DNA of 64,000 bases, taken from Clostridia bacterium (GTDB taxonomy: Bacteria; Bacillota; Clostridia; Oscillospirales; CAG-272). This document shows, piece by piece, positions 9,362 through 19,380 of the stretch; within the stretch, counting starts at the first letter, position 1; each line of letters opens with the position of its first letter. Location: positions 168 through 64,167 of the forward strand of contig JAFTRA010000035.1 in the NCBI GenBank assembly GCA_017462485.1. The letters run 5' to 3'. Both the position numbers and the translations under genes were made by a program. Under the pieces are notes generated by a model. The model saw nothing but the letters and a program-made list of their open reading frames with translations, did not search any database and was not told the DNA's origin.

Positions 9362-9913
9362 ATGAATCTGAAAAACGCTCTCTGGATACTTTTTATCTCT
9401 ATGATTCCGCTTATAGAGCTAAGAGGCGCAGTTCCCGTGGGAACGGTGCTTGGACTTCCATTTTATATAAATTTTGCCGTAGCGGTTATAGGAAACCTTA
9501 TACCCGTACCGTTTATTCTTCTGCTTATACCAAAGGTTCTCGACTTTATGGAGCGATTTGAATTTTTGAAGCCTATAGTAAGATGGGTAAGACGCCGAGC
9601 GGAGAAAAATCAGGGCAAAATCGAAAGTAGCGAAAGCAGCGAGCCTATTATCGAAATAGTTGACGAGGGCGGCAAGACTATTGCTACTACGGGAAAGAGA
9701 AAAATGAGTAGAGCGACTTTTCTCGGGCTTATGCTTTTTGTTCTTCTGCCGATTCCGGGGACAGGTGCGTGGACAGGCACTTTGGTCGCCTCGCTCTTTG
9801 AATTTCCAAAGCTTAAATCCTTCCTATCCATCGTGCTTGGGGTAGTAGGCTGCGGAGTCATTATGTGCCTTGCGAGCTACGGAGTGCTTGGTTTTCTCTC
9901 ATTCTTACTTTAA
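9362..9913 (+). CDS. Small multidrug-export-like membrane protein (COG2426 / Sm_multidrug_ex family)
   Basis: ATG 9362 follows a GAAAGGAAG RBS; the ORF is open from 9311. The family-typical N-terminus IPLIELRGAVPVG is present, with 4-5 TM segments and a hydrophilic central insertion. Confidence 0.7.
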   Translation: MNLKNALWILFISMIPLIELRGAVPVGTVLGLPFYINFAVAVIGNLIPVPFILLLIPKVLDFMERFEFLKPIVRWVRRRAEKNQGKIESSESSEPIIEIVDEGGKTIATTGKRKMSRATFLGLMLFVLLPIPGTGAWTGTLVASLFEFPKLKSFLSIVLGVVGCGVIMCLASYGVLGFLSFLL

Positions 9914-9965
9914 ACGAGTAAAACAACCTTATAAGCAAACTATAATTTACATTTAACAATTAAAA

Positions 9966-10007
9966 ACCGCCGAGAGCAAGCGAATAAGTTCGTTTACCCT
10001 TGGCGGT
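9966..10007. terminator. Hairpin between convergent genes (probable bidirectional terminator)
   Basis: AACCGCCGAGAG ... CCCTTGGCGGTT imperfect stem flanked by an A-run and a T-run, between the + gene ending at 9913 and the - gene ending at 10060. Confidence 0.5.
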
Positions 10008-10059
10008 TATTTTATTCTTTTTTCGAATTGCCTTGGCTCAAAGTCAAATAAATATACGA

Positions 10060-12831
10060 TTATTTATCCCGAAGTCCAAAGCGCACAAGACGAATTTCGT
10101 CAATATAATCGACAAGCACGTCGTGGCAGTCCTCGCCCTTGCCGTTTGCGTGGCAAAATACGTTTGACTCACGGAAGAAGCTTCTCGGTCCTATTCCCGC
10201 ATTATCGTCCTTATTCAAATGAAGAGGACCTTGCATATTGCGAAGATTATTGAGAATTCTTACCTCAAGTGTATTCTTTCCGACGGTGAGATAATTCGAA
10301 ATATCAACGTCGTTTGGAGCAAATATTTTCGTTGCTACTTTCTTACCGTTCACCGAAATGCTGACAGAGTTCATTCCCGCACCGACAAGAGTTACGTACT
10401 TATTGGTATCGGTGAGTTCAATCTCACGCTCGAGAACAAGCTCTCCGGCAAATTCGGGGAATCCTGACTCGTCAAGCTTTTCTGCTATAACGGTCTTCCT
10501 TTTTTCCGTTATCACGGGGGTCGTGTCTATTTTATAGAGAGTTCCGTCAATAGCCTCAGGAGCTGACGGGAGCGATGCGCTGAAATCTCCGACTATGTAT
10601 ATAGGTTCTATTTCCATATCGTAGGATAGAGAGTTTTTCATAGACTCAAACGCCCAGGATTTTGAGAGATGGTCGTAGGTTTCGTCGCTTTGACGAATGG
10701 TTGAGTTAATTACTATTTCGTTTCTTCCTACACGCACCGCGTCCTTGATATCGAGGAGCTTGAAGCTCTTATCTCTGAAATCTCCGACAGGAACGCTTGA
10801 TATCTGCTTGCCGTTCAAGGTTATATCAAAGATTTCGGGAGTCTCTATACAAAGGAAAATGACCTCGGGCGCGCATTCCGTCTCAAACTCATATACCTGA
10901 GTCAACTTGACCGCACGACGCTTTTCGTTAAGCCTTGGGATAATATCGAGAACGTAGCCGCCCTTTGCTACGAGCTCTCCGTCGAAGTAGTAGTCGCATT
11001 TATCGAGGGTTATGGAGTTATAAGTAGCGCTCTTGAGAGTCCATTCTCCGAGAAGCGAGAGCTGCGTTGTTTTCTTCGCTTCGGTCATACGCTCTCTTGG
11101 GTCATGAGTATCTATCAAGACTATACTCTCTGTGGGCACGAATTTATGGCTTCCGTAGAACGCCTTTGTTTCGCCCGTTTCAATATCGAGAATAAGGTTA
11201 CCGCGGGTAAACGTTGCGTAAACGTTTTCATTAGTACTGTTGACGAAGTAGTGAACGTCAAAGTCCTCAAACTGACGCTTGGTATAAGTAAGACTATTCT
11301 CCTCTGTTATTGGGTTGGGAGCAATTTCATCAGCCGTGGTTATGATACCGCCCGAGCGCTTAAACTCGTCAAGGAGCTTTTCCGTATTGGGTAGGAGTCC
11401 GAGGTTTTCACCGATAATAACTCTCTTATATCTCATATTTCCGATGATAAGCTCGCCATCTACCACACTTCCGTGGCGCTCCATAAGAATCTCATCGCCA
11501 AAGTGGAAGAGGATATGCTTTCTCTCGAGCTTCTTCACATCCTTGATAAGCGAGGCGTTGTATTTATCCATACGCTTTATTTCTTCCGCTGTCTGCGATA
11601 TGTTTCCGCGGTAAAGCTTCCATGCGGTGCTTACAGGCTCGATAAGAAGTGTATCCGCTGAAATTTTTCCCTCCGCAAGAATCATACCAACTCTCGACAT
11701 AGAGTCAAAGAATATCTTCATATCAGGCCACCAGGGCTGTTGATAATACATAGCCGGCGGATAGTCGCGCTTTCTTATTCCGCGAAGAGAATAACCCTCA
11801 AGGTGAGTACACAAGAGGTTGACGCCTCTTACCATCTGCCACTCGTATATACGCTTAAGCTCACCGTGAGATACGTTGTGACCCGCAAGGGCAAAGGTTT
11901 CGGAAAGCACTTGATTTTTACCGAGCTGCGCTGCAGCCGAGCCGAGCGCCGTAGGAGTCAGGCAATCCTTGATAGGTCTGCCAAGCCAGTCCATTCCGGG
12001 TATGGTGAAATACTCGTAATGAGGCATGGTTGCTCCATTTGAGCGAATGAGACTCCTATATGATTCCTCACAAACGAGGTGACCTGTAAAGCCATAGCCG
12101 TGGCTGACGCACCAATCGTAAATCTGCTTGAAATAATTCTCGGAGAAAAGCTCGGTTACAAGATGCCAGAAATCAACACGGGTGCGCTCGTATTCGCCCT
12201 CATCGAAGAAAAGCTCATTTAAACGGCTGACGAGGTCGTAGCCGTACTTCTCTGAAAACTTCTTTGGAAGAGTAAAGCTCCAAGGATAGCTTCCCTCGCG
12301 GGTTATCTGCGGCTCGTCGGTAAAGAAGCCGCTGAAGGTACCCTTCATTTGCTTATCGTATTCCTCGTATATCTCTTCTATAAACTTAGCTATAACGTCG
12401 TGACTCAATACGTCAACGTAAAACTCGTTGACCTCATAGTAGTAGCGGTAGCCACCGATTTTTGCCACTGTGTTTTCAGCATTTTCATTATCCTCGGTAA
12501 GCGGCTCCATATTCAGATATTTTTGCTGATACTCAACGCCAAGACCGTTGACCTTTCCACCGCCGAAGCCCGATGGCCAACCGTTTTCATCATACGCCCA
12601 AGGATACATACCGCGCGAATTTCCCTCGTTTGATGCCGCCTTAACGTTATCAAACCACTCTTTTCCCATATAATCGGTGAGAAGTCCGCCCCTCGCATGC
12701 ATAAAGTAACCGCCAATCCCTGCCTCATCCATAACGCCTACTTGGCGCACGGTCTCCTCGACGTCAAGCTTTTCGTTCCACGACCAGAACGGTATTGGGC
12801 GGTATTTCTTGTCAATCTTTTTAAAGTTCAT
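10060..12831 (-). CDS. Large glycoside-hydrolase-like protein, family not assignable by eye
   Basis: 923 aa. The N-terminus KYRPIPFWSWNEKL and GIGGYFMHARGGL are typical of proteins annotated as glycosyl hydrolase (GH2 sugar-binding-like or GH106-like). ATG 12831 follows GGAGG and forms an ATGA overlap with the upstream M16 gene. Confidence 0.6.
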   Translation of the reverse strand: MNFKKIDKKYRPIPFWSWNEKLDVEETVRQVGVMDEAGIGGYFMHARGGLLTDYMGKEWFDNVKAASNEGNSRGMYPWAYDENGWPSGFGGGKVNGLGVEYQQKYLNMEPLTEDNENAENTVAKIGGYRYYYEVNEFYVDVLSHDVIAKFIEEIYEEYDKQMKGTFSGFFTDEPQITREGSYPWSFTLPKKFSEKYGYDLVSRLNELFFDEGEYERTRVDFWHLVTELFSENYFKQIYDWCVSHGYGFTGHLVCEESYRSLIRSNGATMPHYEYFTIPGMDWLGRPIKDCLTPTALGSAAAQLGKNQVLSETFALAGHNVSHGELKRIYEWQMVRGVNLLCTHLEGYSLRGIRKRDYPPAMYYQQPWWPDMKIFFDSMSRVGMILAEGKISADTLLIEPVSTAWKLYRGNISQTAEEIKRMDKYNASLIKDVKKLERKHILFHFGDEILMERHGSVVDGELIIGNMRYKRVIIGENLGLLPNTEKLLDEFKRSGGIITTADEIAPNPITEENSLTYTKRQFEDFDVHYFVNSTNENVYATFTRGNLILDIETGETKAFYGSHKFVPTESIVLIDTHDPRERMTEAKKTTQLSLLGEWTLKSATYNSITLDKCDYYFDGELVAKGGYVLDIIPRLNEKRRAVKLTQVYEFETECAPEVIFLCIETPEIFDITLNGKQISSVPVGDFRDKSFKLLDIKDAVRVGRNEIVINSTIRQSDETYDHLSKSWAFESMKNSLSYDMEIEPIYIVGDFSASLPSAPEAIDGTLYKIDTTPVITEKRKTVIAEKLDESGFPEFAGELVLEREIELTDTNKYVTLVGAGMNSVSISVNGKKVATKIFAPNDVDISNYLTVGKNTLEVRILNNLRNMQGPLHLNKDDNAGIGPRSFFRESNVFCHANGKGEDCHDVLVDYIDEIRLVRFGLRDK

Positions 12832-14102
12832 TTCAGCCTCCAAAGGATATCTTTTATTTTTTGTTTATCAACAAGCTTCGATTTTGCTTTCATAGTAAGG
12901 GTGAGATTTTGCTGCCTGAAGATTTCCGAGGCAATCTCTCTTATACGACTTGGAGTGACAGACGAATATGCGTTTTTCCTATCCTCAACCGAAGAATAAT
13001 TTGCTCCCATAATGTGATTATCATAGGAAAATGTAAAGTTTAGTTCACGGGAATCGTCATAGAGCATATAGGCATTATCGACGTACTCGGCTTTCATACA
13101 CTCTCTATCGTCAAGTAAATTTTCTTTAAGAGAATTAAGAATATCCACAACTATAGCTACCGATTCCGGTATATCCTTATCCTTTACCTCAAACGAAAAA
13201 TGGAGCGTTCCTATATTTTTATATCTTTCGGACGCGCCGCTTATATCGTAAAACAAGCCTCTGTTCTCACTCATCTCGACAAAGAGCTTCGAATTATATC
13301 CCGAAAGTAGAATATCATACAAAATGTCCATCTCGGCTATCGAGTAGCGACTCATATCAAGGTCAAAGGTGAATCTGACGAGAGCGAAATCAGCGTTTTT
13401 AACGTGTATCTCACCGTCTCTTTTGCCAAAATTATTTGGCACGGGGGCGGTGTTATCCCTTTTTTCACCGAGGAGTAGCTCGGCTCTCTCAATTTTCTCG
13501 CAAAGGCTTTTTATATCGCTTTCCGTAAAGCTTCCCGTAACGTAGAAGAATATATTCTCGGTGGTTAGTATGTCCTTTCGGTATTTTTCAAGAGCTGCTG
13601 CGCTCACTCTATCAATAGAGGCGTTCGTTCCCACTATCGACGAGGCAAGAGAGGTATTATCAAATACTATTTTATTAGTAAATGAGGCGAGAGAGCTTTT
13701 CTCGTCACTTTCTCTTATCTCTGCCTTTATGCGCTTTCGTTCAGCATCTATCTCTGATTTAGCCAAGGTTATCGGCTCGAGAAGCTTCGATATGATTTCA
13801 GCTCCTATATCGAAATGGCGGTCTGCTCCGCTTACGTAAAACTGCACCATTTCACTAAATGTCGAAGCGTTGAAATCAATTCCGTATTTGTCAAGCATCG
13901 AGTAGAGGTTCATTCCGTAAAGCTTATTTACGTTTCTTATTGCCGCGTGCTCGAAAAAGTGCGTAATTCCCGAGTATTTTTCATCTTCGTACATCACGCC
14001 CGCTCTGACAAAGAGCGATATATAGAAGCCGTGGAGCGCGGGATTTTTATAAAAATATACGTTTACACCGTTCGAGGTCTTAATATTGTTTTCAAATTCC
14101 AC
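12828..14102 (-). CDS. M16-family (insulinase/pitrilysin-like) zinc peptidase
   Basis: Inverted zinc motif HxxEH (THFFEHAAI). The ORF is open to GTG 14138, but GTG 14102 follows a strong AAGGGGGAG RBS. Confidence 0.8.
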   Translation of the reverse strand: MEFENNIKTSNGVNVYFYKNPALHGFYISLFVRAGVMYEDEKYSGITHFFEHAAIRNVNKLYGMNLYSMLDKYGIDFNASTFSEMVQFYVSGADRHFDIGAEIISKLLEPITLAKSEIDAERKRIKAEIRESDEKSSLASFTNKIVFDNTSLASSIVGTNASIDRVSAAALEKYRKDILTTENIFFYVTGSFTESDIKSLCEKIERAELLLGEKRDNTAPVPNNFGKRDGEIHVKNADFALVRFTFDLDMSRYSIAEMDILYDILLSGYNSKLFVEMSENRGLFYDISGASERYKNIGTLHFSFEVKDKDIPESVAIVVDILNSLKENLLDDRECMKAEYVDNAYMLYDDSRELNFTFSYDNHIMGANYSSVEDRKNAYSSVTPSRIREIASEIFRQQNLTLTMKAKSKLVDKQKIKDILWRLK

Positions 14103-14160
14103 TGTTGCTCCCCCTTCTTTTTTTCTTAATTCTAACACACAAATATTTTATTTGCAATAC

Positions 14161-14200
14161 TTTTTAAAAATATTGCCCGCACGCAACAGCGCACGGGCAA
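14161..14200 (-). terminator. Intrinsic terminator downstream of the acyl-CoA synthetase gene
   Basis: On the minus strand, TTGCCCG-(14 nt)-CGGGCAA followed by TATTTTTAAAAA. Confidence 0.6.
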
Positions 14201-14205
14201 CACTT

Positions 14206-15939
14206 TTAGTCAATGGTTTTATCAATTTTGAATCTGGTTATCTTTCTTGAGGTGTTCTTCGGGAACTCCTCGTTTCTTATCTTAAGCTTGCCTACGGTTT
14301 TGTAGGAAACGTTTCTTGCGTTAATCTTCTTTATTTCGTCCTCGAAATACTTCTCGGCATCGTCTATCGAATGAAGCTTCAATGCGTCAAAGTCAGGATA
14401 TATTTCAGCAACGATTACCTCTTTCGAGGGGTCGGACTTGGACTCACCCGCATAAACTACAACCTCGTTTACACCGTAAATACCCTGAATATCGGTCTCG
14501 ATTTCCTCGGGGTAAACGTTCTTGCCGTTTGAGAAGATAATGAGGTTTTTACTTCTGCCTGTAATGTATATCCACTGGTCACCGTCGATTACGCGAACGT
14601 ATCCGAGGTCGCCCGTATGGAAGAAGCCGTCATCGTCAATTACCGCACGGGTTGCTTCCTCGTCACCGAAATAGCCGAGCATTACGTTAGGTCCGCGATA
14701 GCAAATTTCGCCCTCGCCGGCTTCGTTGGGATTGGCAATTTTAACCTCGCCGCCTATGATGGGCATACCTACGGAGCCCTGCTTTCTGCACTCGTTTCTG
14801 TTGCAGGAGATAAGAGGCGCGCACTCGGTGATACCGTAGCCGTTAAGTATAACAACACCGATAGACTCGAAGAAATCTATAATATTCTGGTTAAGAGCCG
14901 CTCCACCGCAAATTATCATCTGAAGCTCGCCGCCGAAGTTCGAAAGCACCGACTCGCCAAAGAGCTTTTTGCGAAGGTCAATTCCGAGCTTGCGAAGAAG
15001 ATTTGATATCTTGATTCCCTTTTTGAGAGTATCGAGCTTACCGGTCTTTTCAGCCGTTGCCATAATTCTCTTATAGAAGGTTTCAACAAAGAGAGGCACG
15101 AGAATAAGGTGAGTGGGCTTGAAGAGCTTAAGCTCGTCGAGGATATAACGGATTCCCGAGGAAATATATATCTCGCAGCCCTGCGCAAAGTGACCGATAA
15201 AGTTTACCGTCGAGCCAAAGGTATGGTGAGGAGGAAGCGCAAAAAGTGTTCTCTCGGTTATGTTGAAGTTATACATTCCCTGCTCCATATCCGAGCAGAT
15301 GTTTTTAAGCGAGAGCATAACGCCTTTTCCCTTACCCGTAGTGCCTGAGGTAAACACTATGGTTGAAAGCTTTTCCGAGTCAATTTTATAATCGAAATAC
15401 GAGGTATCTCCAGCGTCAGCCTTGGCTTTACCCGCATCGACGAGAGTGAGGAGATTCTTCGCAAAGGGAACGTCCTCGTCGCCCATAGAAATGAGATTCT
15501 CAAGGGTGGAAACTTCAGCCTTTACCTCTTCGATTTTATCGCTGATTTTATTTGAGAAGAATGCGTAGGAGCAGCCTGACGTGTTGAGTATTGACGCAAT
15601 ATCAGACACGGGAAGGTCCTTATCGACGGGTACGGTTACAGCGCCTGCGGACATAAGCGCAACGTAGGAGAAGAACCACTCAACAGATGCCTGACCGAGT
15701 ATCGCTACTCTCTTGCCTTCAATATTCATCGAATGAAGCTCGGTAGTGAGATTCTTGATAAACTCACGCGCTTCGGCAAAGGTAACCTTTTTCGTCTCCT
15801 TATCCTTTGGCTCAAGCTTATACTGAAAGGCTATTTTTTCGGGGTAACGCTTTGCGACATTCTCCGTCATCTCACGGAAGTCGCCGAATTTCGTCGTTTC
15901 ATATAACGGGTAATTTTTCTTGCGGTTTTTAAATGCCAT
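14206..15939 (-). CDS. Long-chain acyl-CoA synthetase (AMP-forming, ANL superfamily)
   Basis: AMP-binding motif FTSGTTGKGKGVMLS, GYGITE and TGDLG motifs. ATG 15939 follows a GAAAGGAA RBS; the ORF is open to 15990. Confidence 0.9.
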   Translation of the reverse strand: MAFKNRKKNYPLYETTKFGDFREMTENVAKRYPEKIAFQYKLEPKDKETKKVTFAEAREFIKNLTTELHSMNIEGKRVAILGQASVEWFFSYVALMSAGAVTVPVDKDLPVSDIASILNTSGCSYAFFSNKISDKIEEVKAEVSTLENLISMGDEDVPFAKNLLTLVDAGKAKADAGDTSYFDYKIDSEKLSTIVFTSGTTGKGKGVMLSLKNICSDMEQGMYNFNITERTLFALPPHHTFGSTVNFIGHFAQGCEIYISSGIRYILDELKLFKPTHLILVPLFVETFYKRIMATAEKTGKLDTLKKGIKISNLLRKLGIDLRKKLFGESVLSNFGGELQMIICGGAALNQNIIDFFESIGVVILNGYGITECAPLISCNRNECRKQGSVGMPIIGGEVKIANPNEAGEGEICYRGPNVMLGYFGDEEATRAVIDDDGFFHTGDLGYVRVIDGDQWIYITGRSKNLIIFSNGKNVYPEEIETDIQGIYGVNEVVVYAGESKSDPSKEVIVAEIYPDFDALKLHSIDDAEKYFEDEIKKINARNVSYKTVGKLKIRNEEFPKNTSRKITRFKIDKTID

Positions 15940-16071
15940 TTTAGTATTCCTTTCTTCAAAAGAATGTTTAAGTTTTGATTTAATTTTCAAAATCGATTAT
16001 CTCTTTTTTAAGAGGAGCTTTGAGACAGCCGTTAATTCAGAGCTCTACGTATCTCAAACGCTTCCCGTAAC

Positions 16072-16100
16072 ATTTTAACACTTTTGTTAATTATTGTCAA
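16072..16100 (-). promoter_or_regulatory. Candidate sigma-A promoter for the acyl-CoA synthetase gene
   Basis: On the minus strand, TTGACA (16100-16095), a 17-nt spacer, then TAAAAT (16077-16072). Confidence 0.5.
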
Positions 16101-16190
16101 GTTTTTCAAAGCATTATAGCCTTTTTTAAAAAATTTACTTAAGAAAATTAATCTTTTTAAAACAAAAAAGCAAAGAAAAAGGGAAAAAGG

Positions 16191-16219
16191 TTGACTTGGT
16201 GGCTCAAATATTGTAAAAT
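16191..16219 (+). promoter_or_regulatory. Candidate sigma-A promoter for the methyltransferase operon
   Basis: TTGACT (16191-16196), a 17-nt spacer, then TAAAAT (16214-16219). Confidence 0.5.
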
Positions 16220-16279
16220 AATGTGTCAAGACTGCATTGTGGCAGAGAAAATGAAATTATCGGAAGGGGAAAACGCTGT

Positions 16280-17647
16280 ATGCTGCCTGAGAAATTCAAA
16301 GCCAGAATGAAAAGGCTTCTTAAAGACGAATACGAGGCTTTTGAAAACGCACTCGTAAACGAGACTGCCAAAAAAGGCTTTCGCATAAACACGTTAAAAT
16401 GCTCCCCCGAGGATTTTATCCGTGAGTGCTCGCTTGAGTCCACTCCATTAAGCTACGTGAAAAACGGCTTTATTTTAACCGGTGAAACGAGGGGGATAGG
16501 AAACACTCCCGCCCATCACGCAGGTCAGATTTATATTCAGGACCCGGGAGCTATGGCAAGTGTCGCAGCGCTTGAGGTTCACGAGGGTGATTGGATAGCC
16601 GATTTATGCGCCGCTCCCGGCGGAAAATCCACCCAACTTGCTGCAGAGCTTGGCGAGGGCGGATTTATTCTATCTAATGAATACGTTCCAAAGAGAGCAA
16701 AAATTCTCGTCAGTAACTTTGAAAGAATGGGCATCAGACGTGGTATAGTAACCTCCTTGGATACCGCCGAAATTGCAAGGCTTTACGACTCGGTATTCGA
16801 CATCGTGGTCGCCGACGCGCCTTGCTCCGGTGAAGGAATGTTCAGAAAGGACGTACCCGCAATAGAGGAATGGAGCGAGGAAAACGTTTTCGCCTGCAAG
16901 GCAAGGCAAAGCGAAATTCTTGAGAATGCCGCTAAAATACTCAAGGCAGGCGGCAGACTTCTCTACTCTACCTGCACCTACTCTACAGAAGAAAACGAAG
17001 AGGTCGTTGACGAATTTTTGAAAAGGCACGAAGACTTTGCTCTTTGCGACGTGCCTGAGGCTCTCGCCTCTGTAACGAGCGACGGCATTCAGTTCGACGG
17101 AGCTCACTCGATGGAGCTTAAAAAATGCAGACGCTTCTACCCCCATAAAGCCGAAGGAGAGGGGCAATTTATCGCTCTTATGACTAAAAAAACAGGTAAC
17201 GGTGGCGAAATTTTATACAAGGACAACGCAAAGCAGCCATCGCGAGATGAGATGAAAATTATCGAGGATTTCTTTAGAGACAACCTCATATCAAGACCCG
17301 ATGGAAAGGTTATGAAGCACGGTGAAAACCTCGTTTTAATTTCACACGGATGCCCTATTCCCCCGAAAAGCGTATTTTCGGCAGGCGTGCTTATCGGAGA
17401 GATAAGAGGTAAAAATCTCTTCCCCTCTCATCAGTTCTTCTCCGCATACGGTACGCTTTTCAAAAGAAAGCAGAAGCTCGACGAAAAAAGTGCCGAAAGA
17501 TACCTTGCGGGCGAGGAGATAGATGCTACCGATTTTTCCGACTCGGGACTTTGCTCGCTTATATACGGCGGCTCTGCTCTCGGCGGAGGAAAGGCAAGCG
17601 GAGGCAAAATCAAAAACCATTACCCCAAGGGACTTCGAGTACGCTAA
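16280..17647 (+). CDS. 16S rRNA m5C methyltransferase, RsmF/RsmB (NOL1/NOP2/Sun) family
   Basis: SAM-binding motif DLCAAPGGKST and catalytic motifs DAPCSGEGMFRK and YSTCT. ATG 16280 follows a GGAAGGGGA RBS. Confidence 0.85.
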   Translation: MLPEKFKARMKRLLKDEYEAFENALVNETAKKGFRINTLKCSPEDFIRECSLESTPLSYVKNGFILTGETRGIGNTPAHHAGQIYIQDPGAMASVAALEVHEGDWIADLCAAPGGKSTQLAAELGEGGFILSNEYVPKRAKILVSNFERMGIRRGIVTSLDTAEIARLYDSVFDIVVADAPCSGEGMFRKDVPAIEEWSEENVFACKARQSEILENAAKILKAGGRLLYSTCTYSTEENEEVVDEFLKRHEDFALCDVPEALASVTSDGIQFDGAHSMELKKCRRFYPHKAEGEGQFIALMTKKTGNGGEILYKDNAKQPSRDEMKIIEDFFRDNLISRPDGKVMKHGENLVLISHGCPIPPKSVFSAGVLIGEIRGKNLFPSHQFFSAYGTLFKRKQKLDEKSAERYLAGEEIDATDFSDSGLCSLIYGGSALGGGKASGGKIKNHYPKGLRVR

Positions 17648-17768
17648 CGAAAACAATAATTTTGCAATACAAAATTTTGCTTCAATTTCCGATTGTGCTT
17701 TTATAAAATCACACCAATTTGAGCTATTAATGTTAATAAATGTTTACAAACAAAAGGAGAATATAAAA

Positions 17769-18518
17769 ATGGAAAACAAAATTCTTGCGACAGTAGGTGG
17801 TCAGCCTATAACGTCAGTTGACGTTGACGAATTTCTTGTTGGGCTTGGTCAGAGAGGTCAAAACTACAACAATCCAGAGGGAAGAGCAATGATTTTGAAT
17901 CAGCTCATTGACTCAAAGCTTTTGCTTCTTGACGCAAAAAGAAATCTTATGGAGGGCGAGGCTGAATTCAGAGCGCAGCTTGCAAAGCTCAAGGAAAATC
18001 TTCTTACAAGCTACGCTGCAGAAAAAGCTATTGCAAACGCTGCCAAGGTAAAGGACAGTGACGTTGAAAGCTACTACAACGAGCATCTTGACAAATTTGT
18101 CAGCGGTGAGACGGTAAATGCAAGCCACATACTTGTTGACAGCGAGGAAGCAGCTCTTGCAATTTACGGAAAAATTGCAAACGGTGAGATAAGCTTCGAG
18201 GATGCGGCAAAGGAGCATTCCTCCTGCCCCTCAAAAGAAAACGGTGGCACTCTCGGTGACTTCACACGCGGTCAGATGGTGCCCGAATTTGATAATGCGG
18301 TATTCTCTATGGAGATTGGCGAAATAACTAAGACCCCCGTGAAGACGCAGTTCGGTTATCACCTTATCAAGCTTAACTCGAAGCAAGAATCAACTACCGC
18401 TCCGCTTTCCGAGGTAAAGGACACAATTAAGGCTCACCTCGAAAATGAAAATCAGCGCAAGGCATACGAGAGTAAAATCAACCAGCTCAAGATTATGTAC
18501 CCCGTTGACGTTCTTTAA
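17769..18518 (+). CDS. Parvulin-type peptidyl-prolyl isomerase (SurA-N/PpiC), apparently without a signal peptide
   Basis: ATG 17769 follows AAGGAG. Parvulin motifs ASHILV, MVPEFD and FGYHLIKL are present. The N-terminus has no hydrophobic segment. Confidence 0.85.
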   Translation: MENKILATVGGQPITSVDVDEFLVGLGQRGQNYNNPEGRAMILNQLIDSKLLLLDAKRNLMEGEAEFRAQLAKLKENLLTSYAAEKAIANAAKVKDSDVESYYNEHLDKFVSGETVNASHILVDSEEAALAIYGKIANGEISFEDAAKEHSSCPSKENGGTLGDFTRGQMVPEFDNAVFSMEIGEITKTPVKTQFGYHLIKLNSKQESTTAPLSEVKDTIKAHLENENQRKAYESKINQLKIMYPVDVL

Positions 18519-18520
18519 TT

Positions 18521-19276
18521 ATGACGCCCGAAGAAGAGCTTCTTAAAAAACGCTTACTCGAGCTTTCGCGAAAGAGCGAGGGAGGTTACTATCTTTTCTC
18601 TGATTTTCTGGGTCTCTCCGAGCAGTCGGTATTTGCGGAGATAAAAAATGCTATACCAAAAGGAGGCTTTACCCTATTTGGCGGAGCCGATGGCTGCGAG
18701 CGTATTATGGTACGCTTCGGCAATCCCGAGGAGCTCGGATACGTGGAAGACTTCCCTATCCGTATCGTAAAGATAGAGCCGAAGTCCAAAAAGTTTGCCG
18801 AAATACTTACGCACAGAGATTTTCTTGGCTCTATACTCAATCTTGGAATTGAAAGAAAAACTCTCGGTGATATAGTTATTATAGATAACGTAGGTTACAT
18901 TTTCGCTAAGGACGAGGTAGCGTCGTATATTGCCGATTCTATCGAAACGGTGAGGCGTACCGACGTTAAGGCACAAATAATAACCGAGCTTCCCGAGGGA
19001 GAGCTTTTCAAGCTTTCGAGAATCAAAATTCAGCTCTCGGGCGAGCGTCTTGACGCAGTTATCTCAAAGGTATATTCAATCTCGCGAGACGACTCGCTAT
19101 CGCTTTTCAAAAAGCGTCTCGTTTTCGTTTCCGGTCGGCTATTGGAAAACAATTCCTACACACCGAAAACCGATGATGTTATAAGCGTTAGAGGTTACGG
19201 AAGATTTATCTACCGCGGCGTATCCTCTCTTTCAAAAAAAGGCAAACTCAATGCGGATATTGACGTTTACGTATAG
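18521..19276 (+). CDS. ylmH: YlmH-like S4-domain RNA-binding protein
   Basis: 251 aa with a C-terminal S4-like segment (RLDAVISKVYSISRDDSLSLFKKRLVFVSGR) and YlmH-like overall length and architecture. Confidence 0.7.
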   Translation: MTPEEELLKKRLLELSRKSEGGYYLFSDFLGLSEQSVFAEIKNAIPKGGFTLFGGADGCERIMVRFGNPEELGYVEDFPIRIVKIEPKSKKFAEILTHRDFLGSILNLGIERKTLGDIVIIDNVGYIFAKDEVASYIADSIETVRRTDVKAQIITELPEGELFKLSRIKIQLSGERLDAVISKVYSISRDDSLSLFKKRLVFVSGRLLENNSYTPKTDDVISVRGYGRFIYRGVSSLSKKGKLNADIDVYV

Positions 19277-19302
19277 GCACCGACCAAAATGGTGCTATTC
19301 AA

Positions 19303-19340
19303 AGAAAAAATCCCGATTTCTCGGGATTTTTTTGTGTTTT
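19303..19340. terminator. Bidirectional intrinsic terminator
   Basis: AAAAAATCCCGA-tttc-TCGGGATTTTTTT between convergent genes ending at 19276 (+) and 19381 (-). Confidence 0.85.
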
Positions 19341-19380
19341 TTAGGATAGTTTTGCTTTTTTTGTATAAAGATAAAACACT

